From an uncultured Planctomycetota bacterium (lineage in GTDB: Bacteria; Planctomycetota; Planctomycetia; Isosphaerales; Isosphaeraceae), in assembly GCA_963823665.1 (NCBI GenBank), contig CAWGMQ010000008.1:64001-128000 (forward strand): a stretch of 64,000 nucleotides of DNA. The letters are read 5' to 3'. The notes under the pieces are model-generated. The model did not search any database. It was not told the DNA's origin and worked only from the letters and a program-made list of their open reading frames with translations. Shown here in pieces: positions 40,231 to 50,649 of the stretch. Both the position numbers and the translations under genes were made by a program. Every line of letters starts with the position of its first letter. The stretch's first letter is position 1.

Positions 40231-40815
40231 ATGGCAGTTTCGGCGGAGGTTAGCCAGTCGATCACGCGTCTGATTCGGGCTGCGCAGGATGGCAGCAGCT
40301 CGGCGGTCCGTCCGCTGTTGTCGGCGTACTTTGACCGTCTGGTGCGGCTCGCCAGAAAGCGGCTCCGGAACCTGCCGGGCCTGGGCGGCTATGATGAGGA
40401 TCTGGCTTTGCGCTCGTTCGACAGCGTGTATCGACGGCTTCGCGATCCGGCGCGGCCGCTGGAGCTGGCCCACCGCGATGACCTCTGGCGGCTACTGGCG
40501 ACGCGGACCATCTCGAGGGCCATCGATCTGATCCGGCGGCACCGGCCGGCGGAGGTCCCGGGCGGCCTTGATGTGACGCAGCTCTTGAGCCGCGAGCCGA
40601 CACCGGACGAGGCCGCTGAGCTGGCCGACGAATGCCGGCGCCTTCTCGATGCACTTGCCGAGCCCGAGCTGCGGCAGATTGCCTTGTGGAAGGTCGAAGG
40701 CTACACCAACGAAGAGATCGCAAGCCGGCTGGATTGCGTGCCGCGCACCGTCGAGCGCAAGGTGAGCCGCATTCGCCTGCTCTGGAAGCACGAGCTGGGG
40801 GAACCGGTGAGATGA
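40231..40815 (+). CDS. ECF-type sigma factor of the kinase-associated planctomycete type
   Basis: SITRLI, YFDRLVRLARKRL, RDDLWRLL, EGYTNEEIASRLDCVPRTVERK; AGGAGG RBS. Confidence 0.9.
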   Translation: MAVSAEVSQSITRLIRAAQDGSSSAVRPLLSAYFDRLVRLARKRLRNLPGLGGYDEDLALRSFDSVYRRLRDPARPLELAHRDDLWRLLATRTISRAIDLIRRHRPAEVPGGLDVTQLLSREPTPDEAAELADECRRLLDALAEPELRQIALWKVEGYTNEEIASRLDCVPRTVERKVSRIRLLWKHELGEPVR

Positions 40816-43800
40816 GCTTCGACCGACCAAGCACCTATGAACAGCTCTCGCTCGAGGCGGCGGCGCGGGTCGATGCGGTCTGCGATGGCTTCGAGCAGGC
40901 GTGGAAGGCGACGCGGTACGGGGCCACGGCACCACAGGTCTCGACGTATCTCGACAGTTGCGAAGAGGCTCGAGCGAGCGGTTCTCGCCGGTGAGTTGCA
41001 CGCGCTCGACCGAGCATGGCGCAAGCGCTGCGGCCTTGCGGCGCGGATCGAGTACTTCGAGGAACTCGAAGGGCCAGCCAAGGCGAGCGCGAGCACCGGC
41101 GCACGCCTGGACCGGGGCCACAGCGAGCCAGCCGGGTGCCGGCTGCCGGAACGGCCGGAGGTTCCAGGACTCGAGCTGCTCGAGGTGCTGGGCTGCGGGG
41201 GGATGGGGGTGGTCTTCAAGGCCCGGCAAACGGCGCTGGGCCGCGACGTGGCGGTCAAGTTCTTGCGCGACGCACAGCGGGCTGAGCCGGGGCGACGCGA
41301 GCGCTTTATTCAGGAAGCCCGGGCGATCGCCAGGCTGCGGCACCCGCACCTGGTTCAGCTCTTTGAATTCGGCGAGGTACCCGACGCGAGCGGGGCGACG
41401 TCTCAGCCCTACCTGGTGCTGGAATATGTGTCGGGCGGAAGCCTGTCGAATCTGCTGCACGGCTCGCCACAGCCCCCCGCGGAGGCCGCGCGGCTCGTGG
41501 CCACGCTGGCCGACGCCATCCACTACGCCCACCAGCAGGGGGTGATCCATCGCGACCTGAAGCCGGCGAACGTCCTGTTGCAGCGGGCGGAGGTTAACGG
41601 TGACGGGCAGTCTGAAGGGGTTCGCGGGCGGCGATTTTCTGGCGCGCGTCGGCTCTCCGCCGATCTCTGCGTCAAGGTCACCGATTTCGGCCTGGCCAAG
41701 TTCTTGGCCGGCGGCGATCTGACGCACAGCGGCGACGTGCTTGGCACGCCCAGTTACATGGCCCCCGAGCAGGCGGCGGGCAAGTCGGCGGCCGTCACCG
41801 CGGCGGTGGATGTCTACGGCTTGGGGGCGATCCTCTACGAAGCCCTCACTGGTCGCCCGCCGTTTGCGGCGGCGACGGTTGATGCGACGCTGGGGCTGCT
41901 GCGGCAGGACGAGCCGGTACCACCCCGGCGCCTCGAGCCGACGGTGCCGCGCGACCTGGAAACGATCTGCTTGAAGTGCCTGCGGAAGGAACCAGGCCGC
42001 CGTTATACGAGCGCCCTGGACCTGGCTCTTGATCTCCGCCGCTTCGATGCCGGGCGGCACATCCGGGCCCGCCCGGTGGGAACAGCCGAGCGGGCCATCG
42101 TATGGTGCCGGCGAAGGCCGGGTTTTGCGGCGCTGCTGGGAGCGTTCGTGCTCGTCTTCCTTGCCGGCAGCGCCGGGGTTCTCTGGCAATGGGGGCAAGC
42201 CCGCCGCAATGCCGCCCAGGCGGAGCGGAACGCGGCCGCCTTCCGACGGGAGCGTGACACGGCCAATCAGGAAAAGGCACGAGCCGAGCGCCACCTGCAA
42301 ATGGTCCGCGATCGAATGGACCGGTTGAACCGATTGGGAACCGACCTGTTGCAGCAAGCCGGGTCGTACCGCACCGGGCAGGCCGTGCTGAAGGAAGCCC
42401 TCGCTTGCTACCAGGAGCTGCTTCCCGAGGAGGTCAATGACCCGAGGATGCGCCGAGAGGCCGCGCGGCTTTTCGACCAAGTCGCCTGGATTCATCACAC
42501 ACTCGGTCAAGCGGGCGACGCGGCCGAAGCCTGGGGCCGGCGGGCGAACCTGCTGACCAGATTGCTGGAAGACGAGCCGGACAATAATGCCCTCCGCTTC
42601 GCGTTGTCGCACAGCTACAGGTGGCGGGGCAACGCACTTCGCGACCTGGGCCAGCCGCGCGAAGCACAGGAAGCCTACGACGAGGCGGCCAGGCTTCAGG
42701 AACAGTTGCTGCACCATTACCCCGACGAAGCCCTCTACCAGTTGGCGCTTGCCAACACCCTGCTCAACACGGCCGACCTGCTTTCGTCCGGGGGGCGTGC
42801 CGACGAGGTGGAAACACTTTACCGCCGCATTGTGGAGCTCGATCGCGCCGCGGTCCGCGCTGCACCGGACAACCCGGACTTTAATGGGGAACTGGCTCTC
42901 GCGCTGGGAGAACAGGGGACGTTTTTCCACGGTTTAGGGCGACGGGCCGAGGCCGAGGGCGCCGTCCGCGAAGCCCTGGAGATCTACGAGAAACTGCTCG
43001 CCGGCGGGCGACTGAAGGGCGAGGTCGAACGCTACGCGGCGCGCAACTTCGTGAATCTCGGACGAATTCTCGCCGCGGCCGGCCGCGCGCCCGAGGCGGA
43101 GCAGTTGTACCGGAAAGCCGTGAATCTGCTCGACCAAGCGGCGGAGGAATTGCCGCAGTCGGTGTACCCGCGAATAGACCTCGCGCGGACGTTGCCCCAT
43201 CTGGCGGATTTGCTCAAGGGCCTTGGCCGCCGGCAAGAGGCTGAAGGAATCCGTCGCCGCGTGATCGACATTTACGAAACGATCAAGGCCAACTTTGCGA
43301 ACGACCCGGAACACCGGCGGAACCTGGTCGCGAGCTACCTGCACCTGGCGTGTTTGCTCTGCGAATTCGGCAGGCAGGCTGAAGCGGCGGAGCCTTATCA
43401 CAAAGCTCTCGGACTGGAAGAGGACGACCCCACGGTCAACAATGATCTCGCGTGGTTCCTGGCGACGAGTGCGGAGCCGTGCTTGCGCGACCCCGCCAGA
43501 GCCGTGCGGCTAGCGTTGAAGGCCGTAACCGCCGAGCCGAAGTCTGCCAATTACCGGAATACGCTCGGTGTGGCCTACTACCGCAAGGGCGACGACAAGA
43601 GCGCCATCGGAGCGATTGAGACGGCGATGAACATGCGGGCGGGCGGTGACAGCTTCGACTGGTTCTTCCTGGCCATGGCTTACCGGCGTTTGGGGGACAG
43701 CGACAAAGCGCGGATGTGGTTCGACCGGGCCATGCAGTGGATGGACAGGCACAAGCCACACCATGACGAGCTCTGCCGCTTTCGCGCGGAGGCGGAAGCG

Positions 43801-43833
43801 ATGCTGATGGCTGCCGACGGAGCCGAGCGCTGA
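40812..43833 (+). CDS. Ser/Thr protein kinase with TM helix and TPR repeats (frameshift near 40968)
   Basis: RVDAVCDGFEQAW leader; HRDLKPAN, DFG, GTPSYMAPE; NNDLAWFLAT, NTLGVAYYRKG; ATGA-coupled to the sigma factor. Confidence 0.9.
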
Positions 43834-43834
43834 C

Positions 43835-44122
43835 TCAAAAGTGAGGGCGCCCCGAGGTGCGGTGGCACCTTTGATAATCATGCGGGTCGCCGTGGCCTGT
43901 GAGCAGCCAGTGGGGATTCACGCGCGCGATGTCAATCAGCTTCAATACAACATGGGCCGGCACGGTGACTCCGATTTCGTAATTGCGCCATGTCTCAACG
44001 TGGACGTTCAGGGCGTCGGCCAGAAACTGGGCGCCGTGTTCCCCGTACAGGTCTTGGCGAATTTCTCGGAGGCGTGCGGCCAACGCGGGCTGCGTTTGAC
44101 GATTTGATCCGTCGCTTTTCAT
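43835..44122 (-). CDS. XRE-like helix-turn-helix protein
   Basis: LAARLREIRQDLYGEHG...TWRNYEIG...VNPHWLLTGHG. Confidence 0.8.
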   Translation of the reverse strand: MKSDGSNRQTQPALAARLREIRQDLYGEHGAQFLADALNVHVETWRNYEIGVTVPAHVVLKLIDIARVNPHWLLTGHGDPHDYQRCHRTSGRPHF

Positions 44123-44341
44123 GTTTTGACCTCCGTTCGGTTCATTGTCCTCACCCTGTTAACCGAGCCGGAGGGCCTCGAACCCGACACAGATTTTTTT
44201 GATGCCGGATCGCACTGAGTTGCGAAGTTGGCGGTTCCGCGTCCGAACCACGGTCTCCCGACGGTGGTCACGTCGGGACGCGCGGTGAACGGGATGTCCA
44301 CCAGCGACTTTTCACCCCAAACTTAAATCTCGCCGACGACT

Positions 44342-44791
44342 TCATTCCCATTCATCGGACGGGCCTTGCGCCGTTTCGCCCAGGATTCGTTCATCCAGGC
44401 TCAGGCCAAAGCCGTACGGGTCGTCGATCTCCTGGATGACCGAGCACATCATGCGCAAGGCTTCTTGTTGATCGGAGGCTCGAGTTGCCAGACCTGACAG
44501 CCGCGAATCGATCTGCCTGATGCGGCGGTCGAGCTGATCCATCCACTCGAAAAGGAGGGTGAGTCCGTCGCGCGTGGCGGAGCACCGCGCACGCAGGCGC
44601 TGCGCGACGGACTTTTCATCAAGATGGTTGCCGGCCAGGGCTATCTCGATGCTCGAGGCGAGCTCGGCTTCCTGACGCGCAAACCTTTCAAGCTCGTCGC
44701 GCAATCCACGTGTGCCATCGCGCTCCGCCAATCCGGTCGATTTCTCTGCTGAGCTACTCATTGGACGCGCTCCGCTTATCTTGGCGGGCAT
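44342..44791 (-). CDS. Hypothetical helical protein
   Basis: 149-aa ORF directly downstream of the deiodinase-like gene; start may be the second ATG. Confidence 0.5.
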   Translation of the reverse strand: MPAKISGARPMSSSAEKSTGLAERDGTRGLRDELERFARQEAELASSIEIALAGNHLDEKSVAQRLRARCSATRDGLTLLFEWMDQLDRRIRQIDSRLSGLATRASDQQEALRMMCSVIQEIDDPYGFGLSLDERILGETAQGPSDEWE

Positions 44792-46044
44792 CGCGAGGAG
44801 TCAACTCGCCTCCTAGCGAGAACCTTGGTTTTCGGCGCCCGGGTTGCACCCTCTTCCTGCAAGAGCAGCACGAGCGAATGCTCCATCTCAGCGGGTTTGA
44901 AGAGATATGGCCCGCGCCCGCTCTTGAACGCGACCTTGCCCTCGCGGTCGATCACGTAGAGACGTCCCGGCATACCGCTGTAGCGAGTTCCGGCCGCGTC
45001 GTCGATCGTGTCGACGAGCATCGGGAAAGCCAGGGACATCACGCGGCCGCATTTCTGGGCGACCGCAACGCGCTCATCGTACGTTTTGGGCTGCGCGGTG
45101 ATCGCGCCGGAACGGTCGTTGCTCTCCATCCGCCAGCCGTCGGTCGGGTGTGCTTCGCGTACGTAGACCATCACGAACGTCGCGCGGTCCTTGTAGCGAT
45201 GGAAGAGCTTTTCGATGTTGCCCGTCTGACCGCGAAACGGCCCGCAGGTGAAACTGCCGAACACGAGCACGATGGGCTTGGTCCCGACCAGCTTGGAGAG
45301 CGTGATCTCGGCCTTGCCGTCGTTCGTCTTCAAAGTGAAGTCCGGAGCCGAGTCGCCGACCTTGGGCCCGGGCTCGAGCGAGCCGATCTCCTGAGTGAAG
45401 AGACCGCGCACGAGCGTGGCCTTCGAAGGACGCCCCGAACTGGCTGAAGACGGCCGCACGGGCGGCGGGGAAAAGGCCTCCTGAAGGTCCGAGAGCGACA
45501 GGAACCCCTGACCGCCGGAATCGACGGTTTTCCAGAATGCGTCGAGCTCGTCGCGCGTGACCTTGCCGTTGCCGTCGGTGTCGGCGCGCATGAAAAGCAT
45601 GGCGCCCGGAGAGCTCGCGAGCGCACTGCCTGAGAAATCGAAGTCGGTGGCCGAAAGCACCCGGTCTCTGTCGCGGTCCAGACGAGCGAAATCGCCGTCA
45701 TCGCCGGGAAACTCGCCACGCTCGACGCGGCCGTTGCCGTCCTTATCATAACGCTTGCGGGTCGCGGCCCAGTCGAATCGGGTCTGAGCCACGGCCGTGC
45801 GAAACCAGCCGAAGCTCGAGCTCATCGGTTCCTCGTTGAGGATCGCCACCAGCATGTCGACCCACTCAGGATGGTCGGGCCAGGACTCGTTGAGTGCCTT
45901 GACGACTTCCGACGTGTCGCCGCCAGGCATTTGAGCCATCTGCGGCGGCCGAGAGCCCGGGTCCTGGGCAGCGACCGGGGTCGCCACGGCAAGGCTCGCG
46001 GCCAGAACCGGCAGTGCTCGTTTCCAGAAATGATGCGTGATCAT
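44776..46044 (-). CDS. Exported EF-hand plus iodothyronine-deiodinase-like (thioredoxin-fold) protein, Cys form
   Basis: Signal peptide; DKDGNGRVERGEF, DTDGNGKVTRDEL; APDFTL, VLVFGSFTCGPF, VYVREAHPTDGW. Confidence 0.88.
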   Translation of the reverse strand: MITHHFWKRALPVLAASLAVATPVAAQDPGSRPPQMAQMPGGDTSEVVKALNESWPDHPEWVDMLVAILNEEPMSSSFGWFRTAVAQTRFDWAATRKRYDKDGNGRVERGEFPGDDGDFARLDRDRDRVLSATDFDFSGSALASSPGAMLFMRADTDGNGKVTRDELDAFWKTVDSGGQGFLSLSDLQEAFSPPPVRPSSASSGRPSKATLVRGLFTQEIGSLEPGPKVGDSAPDFTLKTNDGKAEITLSKLVGTKPIVLVFGSFTCGPFRGQTGNIEKLFHRYKDRATFVMVYVREAHPTDGWRMESNDRSGAITAQPKTYDERVAVAQKCGRVMSLAFPMLVDTIDDAAGTRYSGMPGRLYVIDREGKVAFKSGRGPYLFKPAEMEHSLVLLLQEEGATRAPKTKVLARRRVDSSRCPPR

Positions 46045-46075
46045 CGTGGGAGTCTCCGAGAATAGGGTAGGCAGT

Positions 46076-46344
46076 CTTATTTTCTGAGCATATCACGGAA
46101 TACGGTCACCTTGGGGCTCGTTCCGACCAGGTACCACAGGGAGCGCCGTCTGCAAGGCATCGCGTGCGGTCGGCTCGTTCACCGCGTGCGCCCGGCTGCC
46201 CTCTCCTCAACCGGGCAGGAGAAGCGTTGCCAGCACCGCGAGGCAGGCGGCGATGACCCAGAGGGTGCCATAGAAGCTCGAATCTCGATCGGGCCTGGTG
46301 AGCCCAGCCGATCTGGCCGGGCTCGTTCTCGTCGTCATGTTCAT
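46076..46344 (-). pseudogene. Decayed paralog of the adjacent lipoprotein (TGA at the lipobox Cys, internal deletion)
   Basis: AGGAG then MNMTTR...LATLLLPG-TGA-GEGSRAHAVNEPTARDALQTAL, jumping to WYLVGTSPKVTVFRDMLRK. Confidence 0.75.
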
Positions 46345-46364
46345 GTTAGATCTCCTGATGCCTT

Positions 46365-46514
46365 AGGAACGGGCCGGAACCAAATTCCGTCGATTTACGT
46401 GAAGTGCGCCGCGGAGCGGCACAAAGACCGTTCCGACGCAGAGCGTCGGAACGAGGGCTTTCCGTCGTGGTAGGATTGAGACCGAAATCGGGAAGTTATT
46501 TCCGGCCTGTTCCT
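46365..46514. repeat. Nested inverted repeats / REP-like element
   Basis: Outer 15-bp arms (46365-46379, 46500-46514, one mismatch); inner CGTTCCGACGC-aga-GCGTCGGAACG (46429-46453). Confidence 0.65.
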
Positions 46515-46968
46515 TAGCGCACCATGATGTCTCGGAATACGGTCAGCGATGGGCTGGTTCCGACGACGTACGAGAACCTTTTTCTCAACGGGTTTGCCGT
46601 TTCCCTCCGGGCCGAGCTTGATCTTGACCTTGACGCGAAGGTTGGGACCGTCCGATTTTTCGTCGAGGATTTCATAATCCAAGAGCTTCGCGCCGGCGGT
46701 CCACTCGTGGTCTTGAGCGACCATAGGCGTCCCCGACGATTCCAGCGATTTGGAGTCTCCGCCGCTCTTCCAGTGGTCGAGCGCGGTCGTGAGCGCCACG
46801 CGGGCGCGTGACGTGTCTACCGCGCTCGGCGCGGACCCCGAGCAGCCCGAGTGCAGCAAGAAGCGCAAGCATGCCCACGCAGGCGGCGACGACCGGCAGG
46901 CTGGCGGCGAGATTGCTCCCGCGAGCCCCCGGCCAGCTCACGGGACGTGAGTTTACCATCTTGATCAT
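46514..46968 (-). CDS. DUF1559-associated lipoprotein (two single-base frameshifts)
   Basis: Corrected reading LLAALGC-SG...ARVALTTALDHWKSG...LLDYEIL...SYVVGTSPSLTVFRDIMVR-stop. Confidence 0.75.
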
Positions 46969-46994
46969 GACATACCCCTTCCCAGCTCGGGATT

Positions 46995-47957
46995 TCAGTA
47001 AGCATCCGAGCTGATGACCTCGCCGCCGTTTCGGGTTCCCAGGGCACGCCAGATCTGCAGGTTGATCGAATCCTTGATGAACTTGACCGAGCCGTCGCCC
47101 AGAAGCAGGTTAACCCCGCCGGGATGCCTGCTGCTCGGCGGCATCACTGCCCGGTTCACGATGAAGAACCCGCACGAGCGTGTGTTGGGCGTCGTCACGT
47201 GCAACGTGATATGCTGGCCGTCGATCCATGGAACGCCCATGATCATCGGAATCTGATTGGCCGGGTTGTAGATATTCAAAGCCTGGCACTGCGCCATCGC
47301 GTCATCTGGGGTCAGCGGCGCGCCTGGGTCGAAGAAGACGTCGGCAATTGGACTGATGATTCCAGTCGTCGCGTCGCCTACGATCCGCTCGCTGAAGAAT
47401 CCTGTGTTGCTTAGCCCGTCAGTGATCTCGGAGAACTTTGTGGCGCTGTTGCCGTAGAACACTCCGTTCGGCGCGGGCAAGGTCGTGTTCGGCGGCAACG
47501 TGTTCTGCCAGACGATCCCGCTGCCCATGTCGGCCATGTAGTTCGTCTGTGCCCCGTATTGAGGGACGGGGTTATAGGTGTCCGACGGGCATATCAGACC
47601 GCTGATAGTCGTCAGCGTCGCGGTACCGTTAGCCGGATCCGTGTCGTACAGTGAAAAATTGACGGCACTATAAAGCGGCCCCTGCTCCATGTACGGCAGG
47701 ATCTGGCTCGTAGCCGAAAAGTTGCTGCCGTTGATCAGGCCCAGGAACTGCATCTCCGCGGCCGGGAGGGCGTTGTTCGCCGAAGCGTAATTCTGGAGCG
47801 CCAAGCCGAGTTGTTTTTCGTTGTTGACGCACTGGATCCGACGCGCGGCCTCGCGAGCGGATTGCACGGCGGGCAGGAGCAGGGCGATCAAGACGGCGAT
47901 GATCGCGATGACGACCAGAAGCTCGATCAGGGTAAAACCGGAACGACGCGAATTCAT
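46995..47957 (-). CDS. DUF1559 prepilin-type N-methylation protein
   Basis: [54 protein letters not shown]. Confidence 0.95.
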   Translation of the reverse strand: MNSRRSGFTLIELLVVIAIIAVLIALLLPAVQSAREAARRIQCVNNEKQLGLALQNYASANNALPAAEMQFLGLINGSNFSATSQILPYMEQGPLYSAVNFSLYDTDPANGTATLTTISGLICPSDTYNPVPQYGAQTNYMADMGSGIVWQNTLPPNTTLPAPNGVFYGNSATKFSEITDGLSNTGFFSERIVGDATTGIISPIADVFFDPGAPLTPDDAMAQCQALNIYNPANQIPMIMGVPWIDGQHITLHVTTPNTRSCGFFIVNRAVMPPSSRHPGGVNLLLGDGSVKFIKDSINLQIWRALGTRNGGEVISSDAY

Positions 47958-48323
47958 CGGGGAATCTCCTCGGGAATGAGTGATGAAATCAGAATGAATA
48001 TGTGCGCTCTAATGTGAGAATGGAATGATTGAATGAATACGACGGCATCGCCGGCCAGCTCTTTCACATGGAAAAGCGGCCGCTGCAAGGCGATTCGTCG
48101 ATGTGAGGTTGATTCTTGGTTGATCGAACCGGGCGCATGGCCCCGGTGCGGTTTCGCCCTCGCCGCATTATCACGGCAAGGAAGCCAAGCACCTTGAGCT
48201 CGTTGCTCCAGAATGGCGGGCCAAGCCGCGGCTCATGCTACTCAGGGCGCAGAGGCGCCCCTCGAATGGAGAACCCGCGATGGCTTCACCGACCAACGGC
48301 CCGGTCCGAAGAGATGCGAAGGG

Positions 48324-48776
48324 TCAGACGCGGGGCGGGTGGAAGATCGCGGACTTTTCGCCGGCACGGGCCAGAGTGGGCTCGTCAACGGCTCGGTCGT
48401 GGAACAAGGTGTGGTCGACGACGATCACGACACCCAGCGTACCCCACCGGTCGCGGTTCTCAGGGCTGCCAGTGACGGTCGAAATTGGCAGGGGAAGGGG
48501 GTTGTTCGAACAACTCGGCCCGGAGCAGGGGGTGCGAGCGGGAGAGCCCGGCGGACCCTGCGGCGATTGCGCGTTGGCGCCGCTCAGAGCTGATGACGCC
48601 CCGTGCAAGACCAGGTCATCGAGCCCATGCAGCCTGGCGCGCCGATCCGATTGCGAGCTGACTGTATGGTTGCAGCCGGCCCAGGCAGCCTGAGGCGCAG
48701 CGAAGAGACCGACCGCCAGCAGCACGGCGGCGGAAGCCCCCCACCTCGACAATCGCCTGGATTCTGAGACCTTCAT
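48324..48776 (-). CDS. Small exported Cys/His-motif protein ending in HPPR (candidate leader/arrest peptide)
   Basis: Signal peptide ...AAWA-GCNHTVSS; PCSGPSCS; C-terminus SAIFHPPRV. Confidence 0.75.
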   Translation of the reverse strand: MKVSESRRLSRWGASAAVLLAVGLFAAPQAAWAGCNHTVSSQSDRRARLHGLDDLVLHGASSALSGANAQSPQGPPGSPARTPCSGPSCSNNPLPLPISTVTGSPENRDRWGTLGVVIVVDHTLFHDRAVDEPTLARAGEKSAIFHPPRV

Positions 48777-48931
48777 CCGACCGCCATCGCGTGGAAGCTC
48801 GAATTCTTGCTGGAAACTCGCGCGAGACAATCACCAGCGAAATGAATTCGGCGAATCGAATCGCTGAAATCCGACAACACACAATACACCATCGTCGATT
48901 CCTACCGCAAGAAGCTCGTCAAAATCGGACT

Positions 48932-49965
48932 CTATCTGAGCGGCCGGTACGACGATCCGAATTCGGTGACTTCAATGCGCTGGTCGGCGGCGATGTCGTG
49001 CAGCAACTGGGTCGTCCCGCTCGTCGGCCAGTGAATCTCCAACCGGGCGACCCTTGCCGACTTCGCCAGGCCGATCGTCTGCTCGAGCGGGTTCCCTCCG
49101 AAGCTGCTGCCCGAAGAGACGTGGCGGTGGATCTCGAGCGGCTTCTCGCCGGCGGTGACCACCTTGATTCGCGCACCGATCGGGTCTCACGTCGTGACAG
49201 CGAGGTCGAGAAGACCGTCGTTGTCGAAGTCGTCCATGATCGCGCCGCCGGCCTGGTTGAAGCGGTTAACGCCCGCAAGATGACCGACGTCGCGGAACTT
49301 GCCGATATCGAACTCCGAGCTGGAGAATCGGCCCAGGTCCAGCACGAACCTGGGATCGACGCGGTCCGGATACTCTCCGAGGGTCATGTGGGCCAGGTTC
49401 AAGAGCCAGCGAATCTCCAGATCGCTCGGGAAGTGCTCGAGGTACTCGGTGAAGTGCCGGATCGCCAGCCGGGAGCCTCTGGGATGCGAATGCACGGCAG
49501 CGGGCGAGATCGGAAGGATGCACGAGCTTTCACCCCGGCACATGATGCAGTTTTCATTCTCTCCCAGGCGCAGCGCGGAAACGCCCTGGACGTAGATCAC
49601 CGTGGCGAGCGAATTGGCGGCGAGACCTTGCTTGCGCTCGACCCAAGCCCGCACGTCTCGAATGAGCTGGTAGGACTTTTCGGTCTGGCCCTCGGAGTTC
49701 AACAAACACGCTTTGGTGAGCGAAGCCGCCAAACGGGTTCCGTCAGTCATCGCGGGATCGGCGAGCGCCCGATCGATATCGTCGATTGCGCGGTAGGCAG
49801 CGCCCTGCCAGTGGTTCCTGAGCTCCTCAAGTGACGACTCTGGCTTCCATCTGGGAAGCATCGACATGAGCGCCAGGAACCCGCTGACATCGCCGATCGG
49901 CAGGCGTGGTTTATATCCTGGCCGCAAGCCGGGCGAAGGGTTGGAAGCCTTGTACGATCCGGGAA
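48932..49965 (-). pseudogene. CRTAC1 / FG-GAP-ASPIC/UnbV protein remnant
   Basis: ALRLGENENC, RWLLNLAHMTLGEYP, DFDNDGLLDL; in-frame TGA at 49187, then DP joined to IGARIKVV...SGSSFGGNPLEQTIGL. Confidence 0.8.
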
Positions 49966-49967
49966 TC

Positions 49968-50336
49968 TCATCGATTGGCGAGAGTCCCGGGCGGGGAGGA
50001 TGGCGCGGCCGGAGCTCCGCTGCACCAGACGCCGGTGCAGCGGCGTGGACGTGGCAGACTCGAGCGCGGATCGAACCCGACTTGATCACTCGCAGGAGCA
50101 AGAGCCTGAATCAGCGACGGAAGCCTGGCTCGGTCAGACTGAGACTTGACGTCATGAGAACAGCCGGCGGCGGCATTCGGGGGCGCAAAGGCCACCACCA
50201 GCAGCGCCGTGGCGGCGGCCTTCGTCAGGATAGCCAATGGTGTCTCGCCCTCGCTTGGGGCAGCAGTCGCTGCGACAGCGGGTAGGAACAAGCACAGAAT
50301 CGCCATGCAGAGAGTCAGGCTCAGGCTTCCAGACAT
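49968..50336 (-). pseudogene. Chimeric ORF: a signal peptide fused to a truncated second Cys/His-motif protein
   Basis: Two signal peptides in series, then AAAGCSHDVKS, RCTGVWCS; tail missing. Confidence 0.6.
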
Positions 50337-50649
50337 CGCAACCTCCTCAAATCGTTCGTTTCAGTGGTCTCAGGTGACGTTGTGATCTCGGACCTGCACT
50401 TAGCGATGCGCGCCCAGGCCGCCCGCGCCATCGCGCGGGGACCGGCGCTGGTCGGGCGTGCACGCCTGTTTCGCGCACGCTCAGCCGCGGCTGGCAGAGC
50501 CATCGACGAAAACCATCTCCGTATGCGCGGGTTCACGTGAAGCCAGGCGATCCGAAGCGCACGGCACTGGCCGGACGGCGCGCGGTATGACAACGGACGA
50601 TGGCATGGGCGATCGAGCTCGCCGATCAGGAGAGTGTGACGGGCGGTGC

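Noticed and set aside
8760..41000. Programmed frameshifting in the sigma, kinase and DUF1501 genes
   Set aside because: No shared slippery sequence; similar indels are scattered across unrelated genes
40492..42930. 812-aa minus-strand ORF and similar long antisense ORFs (e.g. 10668-12095, 18260-19324)
   Set aside because: Shadow frames of GC-rich genes with no recognisable motifs
46207..46209. In-frame TGA at a Cys position next to a deiodinase-like gene, as possible selenocysteine
   Set aside because: The position is a lipobox Cys, the gene is also internally deleted, and I see no convincing SECIS; nonsense mutation is simpler
49187..49189. In-frame TGA in the CRTAC1-like remnant, as recoding
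   Set aside because: It sits beside a deletion junction in a decayed gene
48224..50492. AGCCGCGGCT palindrome downstream of two leader ORFs
   Set aside because: Short, GC-rich and at different distances; chance is plausible
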